A program made the translations under genes and the position numbers. Below are positions 12,970-22,042 of a stretch of DNA of 64,000 bases, piece by piece. A model generated the notes under the pieces. The model was not told the origin of the DNA and ran no database searches. It saw only the letters and a program-made list of their open reading frames with translations. The stretch is taken from the NCBI GenBank assembly GCA_050084515.1, contig CM114271.1:30876001-30940000 (forward strand). The letters run 5' to 3'. The stretch's first letter is position 1. Every line of letters begins with the position of its first letter. This DNA is from Blasia pusilla. Its lineage: Eukaryota.

Positions 12970-14369
12970 GTACTGGCAGCGTCGCGAGCACAGTGGGTTC
13001 TAGAGAGCGGGATTGGATCCTACAATGAGCCAGACAGTTTTGGTGGGAGGGCACACATGTGTTGCAAAAGTGGGAGGATGGTAGAGTGCATGTAGTGCCT
13101 CATCCTTCGCAGAGAGCACGCTTGGTGCGTCATGCCCACGAGGAGTTGGGTCATTTTGGAGTGAAGTGGACGTACAGCTTGCTCCAGATTCGGTATTGGT
13201 GATGAGGCATGTAGACTGGAGTTCATCAGTTTGTTGCCAGATGCATGGTGTGTGATTGAGTCCAAGCATCGTTCAATGCTCCAACTCCACAGTTGCATCC
13301 ACTTCCGATCATGGGTTTAGGTTAAAGATGGAGTTTGGATTTTGGAAGACCTTTGCCTTTGACGGAGCGCCATAGTCGTTATGTTTTGGTGATGGTCGAG
13401 CACTTCTCCAAGTGGATAGAGTTGGTTGCATTGCCTGACAAAGCGAGTGAGGGAGTTGCGTATGCCTTCCTAGATCGAGTGTTGAGTCATTACGGTGCAC
13501 CAGCTGAGGTGTTGACAGACCAGGGTACAGAGTTCCGTAGGGAGTTTTAGGCCTTGTGTGATCAAGCACTGATCGACCACCGCACTACTTCGCGAGATCA
13601 TCCTGAGGCGGATGGACCAGCGGAGCGGGTTGTGCAGATGGTGAAGAGAGGACTATGCAAGTATGGCTTGCAGAGAGGTCACCTAGGAGATTGGGGCCTT
13701 CAGTTGACGTGGTTGGCGATGGGATACAAATTCAGCAGGCAAGCATCCTTAGCGTCTTTCTCATCCTACTTGTTGCTTTATGGTCGAGAGCCACAGCAGC
13801 AGCCATTCATCAATATACTGGTGGGGTGTTGAACCTTGATGACCGTGATGTATGGATGCGAGCATGTTCTCAGAGGGCTGAGTTGTTTCGGAGAGTGATG
13901 CCCATAGCGTTTGAGAACTTGGCAATTGCGCAATATCGAATACGTTGAGGTATGCGACCATTCGGGAGGTGTTTATCGACCTACTATCCGGAGGTTTCAT
14001 CAAGGAGACTATGTTAACTTGCAACAGATGGCATCCACGACGTTGGATGTGACTGCAGGGCGCACCATCTTGAGAGTGCGTGAGGTTTTGCCATCCGGTG
14101 TTCTCATATTGGAAGAACGCGATGGTATGGTTTGGAAGGACCATGTGCGTAACTGTGCGCCATGTCATCTTCCAAACATTGACGGTACAGTTGATCCGAG
14201 CTTAGCAATAGTTCTTGCAGGCTTGCGATGTATGTTGTGTGGTTCCGCCCGTGGTGCAGCCACTATGCTAGTTTGTGATGGGTGTTTGAGAGGATGGCAT
14301 ATGGCATGTTTGACGCCACCTCTCACTAGGGTTCCTCAGGGAAGATGGATGTGTCCCAGATATACATAG
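12970..14369 (+). pseudogene. Integrase with C-terminal PHD finger, degenerate
   Basis: HEELGHFGVK, WSLDFGRPLP, VLTDQGTEF, ADGPAERVVQMVK, then CMLCGSARGAATMLVCDGCLRGWHMACLTPPLTRVPQGRWMCPRY. Confidence 0.92.
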
Positions 14370-14550
14370 AGTAGGTAGTTCTACATTTCGACTTATATCT
14401 GTGACATGGATGACAAGAAGGCGACTAACGATTGTGCCACATGAGCACCCGGCCTTCTTGCTCTTAGCGTCCGAAAGATGTATGTCATGGTAGGTAGGGA
14501 TAGATGGTTATCTCGAGTTAGAGGGACCTAACTACCAACTAGGGGGGCGA

Positions 14551-15326
14551 TTGGAGATATTTTGGTACTTCTTGTCTCGTTGTTTGGATGCCATGAGTTA
14601 GCATGGGATCGTGCGTGTTTGTGTGTGTGTGTTTGGTGACAGCGATGTATGTTGTGTAACGATGTGTATACGCACGACAGTTATCATATCATTTAGGATA
14701 GATCGGTGAGATCTAGTAGAGCGCCTTCGTGAGTAGCGGAGGACACACTCAATAGGTCGAGAATGACCTACTGAGGCCCCAGGAAACCTAAGAGAGCAAG
14801 TTTCCCCTTCATTTTGGCTCATTTGGAGCCATATTGAGGAACTTACTATTTTAGGTGAGTACCATTTTGAGTATATGATCTACTTTCTATTTTTGGTAAG
14901 TGGCGCTTGACCTCCTATATCAGGTCAAGAGCCAAGGAGATGACTTGGGAGCATAGGTTACCATGGAGAGAGCTTGGGAGAGGGGAGGATTATACCTCAA
15001 GGAGAGAGAGGTTGAGAGTTCATTCGCTCTTTGTTGAACCTCTTGGCGTGAGGCAGCGGAGCTATGGTCTTGCTTACCTTGTGTGTGTAACCCAAGCATC
15101 TCATTAGGAGAGTGGGTTTGGTTTGACATTGAGAGACACATGTGAGAGCGCACACATGTGAGAACTATAGTGTTGTGAGAGAGATTTTATTTTATTTTAA
15201 TTGGAGATATTTTGGTACTTCTTGTCTCGTTGCTTGGATGTGATGAGTTAGCATGGGATCATGCGTGTTGTATGTGTGTTCGGTGACAGCGATATATGTT
15301 GTGTAGGGATGTGTATGCGTACGACA
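14551..15326 (+). repeat. 3' terminal repeat block: B1 (14551-14679), GT spacer, A2 (14682-15199), B2 (15201-15326)
   Basis: B1 and B2 are direct copies (TTGGAGATATTTTGGTAC...CGACA). A2 matches the reverse complement of 21523-22042 and 5127-5634. A purine-rich AGGGGGGCGA precedes B1. Confidence 0.88.
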
Positions 15327-15680
15327 CATGCCCAATTGCATCAAAAATCTCCTTAGGGGTGGGCATGGCATACCTATTGGCCTTCGTCTGCTGATTGATA
15401 GGTCGGTAATCTCCACACATTTGCTTATCCGTATAATTGCCATGCACATCCTTCTTGGCGGGCATGATAGTGGCACATGCATACTCTCCATGCGACATCT
15501 CCCCTAGTCCTGCTACAACCAAGTCCTGGCTCCTACTCTGCATCAAAGCCCTCTCCATGTCACTAAACCGGTAGGGTCGTCGGAAGATTGGCGCGTCACT
15601 CGACAACTCAATGTGGATCCCTAGACCCTTCAGCATACCCAAATCATGCATACTAAATGCAAAATATAACTCCTAAGGAA
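15327..15680 (-). pseudogene. Reverse transcriptase N-terminus
   Basis: IHIELSSDAPIFRRPYRFS...YACATIMPAKKD...MCGDYRPINQQTKANRYAMPTPKEIFDAIGH. Confidence 0.9.
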
Positions 15681-16059
15681 CTAGTGTATCCGGCGCCGCT
15701 CTCCTCCTGTCAACTTAGGGCCCTTATCTGGCTCCCAAGTCTCCATCTAAGGTAGGACTCTCCGACGTGGGTGTCGGTGGTTGCTATGGTGCAACCCCGT
15801 CTCGGACAATGGAACTCTCATCTCCACATGCAGCACCCGGAACTAGACTCGATGTTGTGGCTATCATCTCCTAGCGTACCTACAAAACATCCCAAGAAGT
15901 CCAAGGGTGTCTCTCCCGATCATCCCTGGTGTGTTGATCTCCTCGGGTCTCGCCCCAGCCGCTGCCTCAACCACCTCGGTAGGCATGGGCTCACCAACGC
16001 AACATCTGTCATCTGTTGCGTCCTCAAACGACGTTGCTCTACTACTCCTAAGCTGAAAA

Positions 16060-16996
16060 TCCATGTCAAGCAGTTCAGGTCCATTGCCTAACCCAAGACA
16101 TGACGACGTGATGCCTCTGATAGTGATGGTACTGTCGTCACTCTTGTGCGGAATCCCATCGCTCGCTCTCGCTCATCGGCGTTGGGCTCCACCAACCTCT
16201 GTACTTGGTCATCCCAAACCAAGCCAGGTCCGGACATCTTGAATGCATAGGAAGCGGGAAAAATCACCAATATGGGAAAGGCTACCCGTGGCCTCCCAAT
16301 CCTGTTGACCACAGTCAACGGCGGTCGATCATCTAGCCTCACTGCCTGTGATCGACGGCCTGGATCCAATATAGAATCCACCAACAAATCGGAGGGGCGC
16401 TTCACTCTTGCATATGTCCTCCGCAATACCTCATGTGGTACCAAGTTGGTCCACCAAAGACGCGGGTGATGTGCTCGTGAACCCACACTCGCCGCATCTA
16501 ACAACACTGTTGGGCCGATCCATGCGCGCACTTGATGTGCACTCATCACCACACGGGACCTCGAATCGCCCAAAATTGGCACATTCTCCAAAATGTATGC
16601 TGGAGAACGAGGCTGATGCTCCTGTAAATGTTGCAAGATCCGCATCATCTCCCAAAGCAACTTGGACCGAGTGTCAAAAACCCGCTACCTCGTCCAACAC
16701 CCGATTGGCCCTGATACGGCCAACCAGCAATGACCAAGTCTATGGTCCCTACCCGCTCCAAGTCCTGCGTCCCCAACAATGAAATATCCCTCGGTAGGGA
16801 ACTCTGGTAACCCTGAATGGCGGATGCACACAACAAGTCGGGAAAACGGAGGCGTAACAGCGCCACATGGTGAAGTGAAGCGCGCCTCGCAACATCATCA
16901 ATCTCCACATATAGGTACTGCAACACGCGCACTGCAGCATGCAAAACAACAGCTAACCCAATGCTGATCCCTCCAAAGAGATCCAACACCCGAATA
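16060..16996 (-). pseudogene. Full-length DNMT3-like C5 cytosine methyltransferase domain (motifs I-X); one frameshift, one stop, catalytic Cys changed to Tyr
   Basis: RVLDLFGGI, VEID, DLVIAGWPYQG, YILENV, DAASVGSRAHHPRLWWTNL (motif VIII), ERERAMGF (IX), RRHVLG*AMD (X). Confidence 0.93.
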
Positions 16997-17339
16997 CCCT
17001 TCTCTGGGATGCACCACACAATCGGGGTGGTGTCCAAAGGGGTCATAGCAGCACTCCTGCCTACTTGGGGTTCTTGTGACCCGTCACACTCTAGTACAAA
17101 TGTCTCGATCCACGCAATCTCCACATGCTCAGTGGCTAAGCGTCGAAGCTCCTCAGTTGGGCCCCAAAGCGGCACCTCTCCTCCACGAACTAATGCGGCT
17201 ACCATGACACTCCTCTCCATAGAAATTTCAAGAACGGGAATATCCTCTGCATGGACATGTCCCTCAATCAAATCAGTAGGCCAAGTGATGGCACTGCTAA
17301 ATGCTGCTAAGGTCGCCATCTCTCTTGGCCGTCGCTCAA

Positions 17340-19919
17340 TCATTGCACCTGTGAATCGAACGAGTAATGAGCTAAGACGCCCATCACTAACTGCCATCCT
17401 GGTCTATACGACGCTGACTCCTCCCAGTAATCCAGGTAAAACCCCATCGGGAATAACATTGCTCCACCAACCAAGACGTTGTAGGACTTTGCATCAGTCA
17501 CTATTGCCTCGGCTGGCACCACGGACTCATCTGGAGGATGTCCAGAGCGAATCCTCACCACAACCTCCTCTCGGGTGATATACTGTGTGGTACTTTCTCC
17601 ACGTAAGGATATCTGTATCCGGAATGAACAACGCTCCACATCGGCTCTCGTCAAGCCCAATCCTCTAAATGACGCTTTCCCCAACAGTAGGGGTTGCGCT
17701 CATGAATCCAACAAGACGTGCTGCGGACTAAAAGCTCTACCTCTGGGACTCACCAACTGGAAGACCTCTCCCTGGTTATCCACCAACACAACACGCGGAG
17801 AAACCATGGCACGCTCTATCATGGGTCTAGCAGGCATCTCTGCCATCCTAGCAGCCGCAACCTGCCATGAATCTGACGTGGACGGCCCTAGCATCTCCTC
17901 CAAGGGCAGGTACATCACCTCCTCTGCAATCACCTCTGAACGTGATGTAGGAACTCCAACTCCACGCTCACAAAGCGTAGCGGCCAGCCGAAACACCTCG
18001 GCGGGCGTACCTCCCAACGTCATAACATCGGAATCAAAAAATAAAGGAGCGCAATACACAACGATGGCCGTCCCCAACAATGTGCTCGACACATGCCCCT
18101 TCTGAGCATCAACAATCGGAGTCGTCGCACTTGCTTATCCCATCGCCCTCCGTGCCTGCACACCAACAACATCACCAACTCACTAGGAACTCTGATCAGG
18201 ACTCATCGATGGAGTCCTCATCGCCTCGGACAACGTGAAAGATTGAGGAAGCCTAGTGTGTTTCCTGGCTTCCCCTCGGTGTGGATCCAACTCTATGGCT
18301 ACTCCACGCGTCACAACTGCGGCGGCCTCCATCTAGGCAACCCCGCACATCCAACCAAGATCCTCCATATCTCTATATGATGTCGATGCCATGGATGTGG
18401 CATCGGGTAACCTCAATGCCATAGCAGCAATCTACTCTTGTAGCTGTTGTATCTGAGCAGCCATCCCTGCCTGACGCCTGGCGTCTCCCTCGACGCGTCT
18501 AGGTGGTGGGACTCTACCTCCTCCACGGGTAGCTCCACCAGCCTGTCGGAAAACTCCAGCTCCTCGTTCCCCAACGGGACCACATAGTGCACGATCTCTA
18601 ACCCACCCGGACCGACTACTCGCTCTGGTGCCCTCTCTGGCCCTCGGTCCGGACGTAACTGAGGAAGTAAACTGAAACACATGGCTCGTGTATGACCATA
18701 CCTCTGACAATAGTCACACTGATAACCTCCTGGTGCAGCGCCATCTCCTCCTCCATGGTGAGGCACACGTCCATGACCCTAACGAGTGCAATCACGCTCA
18801 TGATGGGCTCCACCACATGACCAACAAGTAATCGTAGGCGACTGCTGCTGATCCGCATATGAAGGCGCAGGTCTCTGTGGCATGGCCTCCCGATATCCTG
18901 CCTAAGCTCGTGGTGCCATAGTCGACCTATCTCGAAGTCCACGTTGCTGCACAGGTGGTGCAGACAATCGTTACTGCTCTCGCCCAGAACCCATGGTGAC
19001 TACGCTCTCCTCCGCCATGTTGCGCTCAATATTCTCAGCAATTCTAAAAACATCTCTCAACGTAGGGGAGGTGTTCATAAGAAGCACCCCTCCCGCACCC
19101 GTGTCCGCAAGGTCTGATCCAGCATCGCGTACCATGATTGGATAGCCTGAGCCTCTGTCACCCCTTGAGTGACGTTGATCAACCAGCGCAAGCAAGTGTA
19201 AGCCTCACGCAAACTCTCACCCGAGTGCCTCTGAAAGTTGTGGATGCTCGCAACTTCTCCGTCCGTACCCTCTGGTAGCTCGCCCTCAAATCAGCGAAGA
19301 ACTCAACCACGGGGTTGAACCTGGGACGAACCCGACTAGATGGTACAACTACTCCAGTGCGAGTGACCCCTCCCAAAACATCACTAGTGGAAGAGGAAGA
19401 AGCCTCTCCTGACTCCTCCTCCTCATCTGGGAATGGCTCCGTCCATGATACATACTGTGGGTCATAATAGAGTCGCCATGCCTCAATCTCCTGGGCATAT
19501 CTGTGGGAGAACTCATGGTAATCGTCCATGGGCGTCCACTTTAAATGCTGGAACATACCGTTCCATGTTGTAAACAGGTTGAACTCTCTAGAGTTCCTAG
19601 CCCGTTATGAGTCACACCAACTTCTAAACTCCGCAATGCAGTCGTGTAGTTGTATGGTGCCTACATCACCCGAAAACTTACGCGGTCCTCTACCCCGGTC
19701 GTCCATCTTGTACGCCCAACTGGTAGGACCACTCAATATGTATGGTGGATCACTAACACACTCCTCTACATACTCCCCCTCGTCTGAAGATGACATAGAA
19801 GGAGATTGAGGTTGTCTCTCACATGGAGACCCTCGAAACCTCGCACCACTTTGGGTAAACCCTCCAGAGTTATTCTTAGGTCCACTACCTCGCCTCTCAA
19901 AATCCTGAAAGGACGCCGT
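17340..19919 (-). pseudogene. Gag and aspartic protease, degenerate
   Basis: Homologous to 8211-10800. Knuckles CWSCGGAHHERDC and CDYCQRYGHTRAMC; protease VLLDS. Confidence 0.88.
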
Positions 19920-21522
19920 GATGGCCCTCGTGCCCCTCTCACATAATCACTCTCAATCTCGTGAGTAATCCCTCAATCACTCAAACAAAACATGCGGCAC
20001 TCAATCTACACTCTCTCACTAAGATGTGTGTTGTGCGGCAACAAGCAACGTGGTGCGGCAAATCAACCGATCTATCGTCTCATCGACAAACCATCCTCAA
20101 CTCTGGACATCCCACACAGGTCTATGTCCCCTAAACCCATACATCATCGATGCTCCTAGCATCAGCATAAAACCCAATATCCCAAATAACTTCCCAATAT
20201 CCAAAAATCCCTCATACGTGCAGGGTAAGAGACCAGAATGGGTAACATGACAATAATGTCGATGTCGCTCCTCGGCAAGTGCAGATCTCGACCCCAACTC
20301 GGTCGTGAAGACAACTGCTCCAATCAGCAAGTCGTACTCCCCTCGTATTGATGTTGCTCAAACCTCCTCGATGTGCGGTGTAGGTCCAGCAATCCGATGG
20401 GGCACTGGCGGCACGGAACAGCACTCGGCGGCATACCCTCCTCAATCAGAAATTCACACACTCTGCACCTTAGTGAAGGAGCGGCTCGGCGATCGAGACG
20501 GTGCGGTGTGGCCACAAGCGGCACGGCGCGGAAATCGGCGATGCGTCGCGGCTACGGGCATCTCGGCACGGTACTCGATCATCGTCGAGCGGCTACCAAT
20601 CCCAACATAGCAACATGAAATGAAAACTCAAACATCATAACCCGAGGTCACCTGCCATCATTGGTTGATGACAAAACTCTAATGATTGTGGTGGCCAAAC
20701 CAAAGTACGAGGTGGCGGCACAAGTAAGAGAATCAAAGGTGGTCGTGGAAGACCCTCCACTCCGTAATGGCGGCAATGGCAACCAAAGGGTGGACAATGG
20801 CCGAACGCGGCTCTGAGCAGCACTAGGCGACGGCAGCGGCCGACGGTGGACCGTGGACCGTGGACCGTTGAAGGTGATGGGTGACCGTTGATGGTGATGG
20901 TTGACCTTTGACGGTGATGGTTGACCATCGACGGTGACTATGACGGCGACGGCCGCCGCCGGTCCGGCGGCTGATTTAGGGTTTGAACAATTTAACCCTA
21001 AAAATCTCCTAGCAATGGCAGTTTTGCAAGATTGACCATAAATTTTTGCTCACAACTCCAAATTGTGTATCATTTGATGCACACCATGCACAACTTCACG
21101 ATCTACGACAACGTCAAAAACTATTTGGAATCGAACATTCTAGTAAAAATTGACAAGGACTGTTGTAAAGCCCAATGTCTCTTTCTCCTACACAAAATTT
21201 GTCAGCGCTTCCGCCCTGATTTCTCCCAACGAAAATGTAAAACATGTGAGAACACAAATCAGCAAGCTACATGGTGCTCCTAGGAGCACCAGCATGGGGC
21301 AACCTGCCCCCATACTCAATCCCTATCAAAAATTGGGCAGCGCTTCCGCGCGCCACTCTTCTACACGAAAAATCGGCAAAGGAAACATCACAAGCAAGCG
21401 ACTCTTGCTCCGGTGAGCACTCCCATGAACCGCTGAACGGGGGATACGATCCCCAACCTGCAAAACCAGCGAGTGACCACCGAGCTCCCCCATGAAGCTC
21501 TCTCACTCACTCATTCTCTCTT

Positions 21523-22042
21523 TGTAAAATAAGATCCAATCTCTCTCACAACACCATAGTTCTCACATGTATGCACTCTCACATGTCTCTCTCAATGTCA
21601 AACCAAACCCACTCTCCTAATGAGAGGCTTGGGTTACACACACAAGGCAAACAAGACCATAGCTCCGCCGCCTCATGCCAAGAGGTTCAACAAAGAGAGA
21701 ATGAGCTCTCGAGCTCTCTCTCCTTGAGGTATACCCCTCCCCTCTCCCAAGCTCTCTCCATGGTAACCTATGCTCCCAAGTCACCTCCTTGGCTCTGGAC
21801 CTGATGTAGGAGGTATAGGGCCACTTATGAAAAATAGAAAGTCGATCATATACTCAAAATGGTACTTACCTAAAATAGTAAGTTCTTCAATATGGCTCCA
21901 AATGAGCCGAAAAGAAGGGGAAACCTGCTCTCGTAGGTTTCCCAAGGCCTCAACAGATCATCCTCGACCTACTGAGCCTGTCCTCCACTAATCACAAAGG
22001 CGCTCTACAAGATCTCACCGATCTATCCTAAAAGACGTGACA
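21523..22042 (-). repeat. 5' terminal repeat A1 (520 bp, TG...CA), not followed by repeat B
   Basis: Aligns with 5127-5634 and, inverted, with 14682-15199. The sequence internal to it is unrelated to B. Confidence 0.88.

Larger units (their letters stand above)
7268..15326 (+). mobile_element. Ty3/gypsy-type element, middle copy: 5' terminal repeat missing, deletion joining DNMT to RT, internal RNase H inversion, complete 3' B1-A2-B2 terminus
   Basis: Domain order gag-PR-DNMT-RT-RH-INT-PHD; integrase after RT/RH is the Ty3/gypsy order. Ends in ...CGTACGACA at 15326. Confidence 0.92.
15327..22042 (-). mobile_element. Ty3/gypsy-type element, 5' part: repeat A1, leader, gag, protease, complete DNMT domain, RT N-terminus
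   Basis: Starts TGTCACGTCTTTTAGG at 22042. 16494-20868 is the inverted counterpart of 7268-11648. Breaks off in RT at ...DAIGH (15327). Confidence 0.92.

Noticed and set aside
14551-15326. DIRS/Ngaro tyrosine-recombinase element
   Set aside because: The termini resemble split direct repeats, but the element encodes a protease and a DDE integrase and no tyrosine recombinase motif was seen.
11146-16996. Host DRM/DNMT3 gene or bacterial restriction-modification methylase
   Set aside because: The domain is intronless, embedded between protease and RT in several copies, and has no UBA/PWWP domain or neighbouring nuclease.
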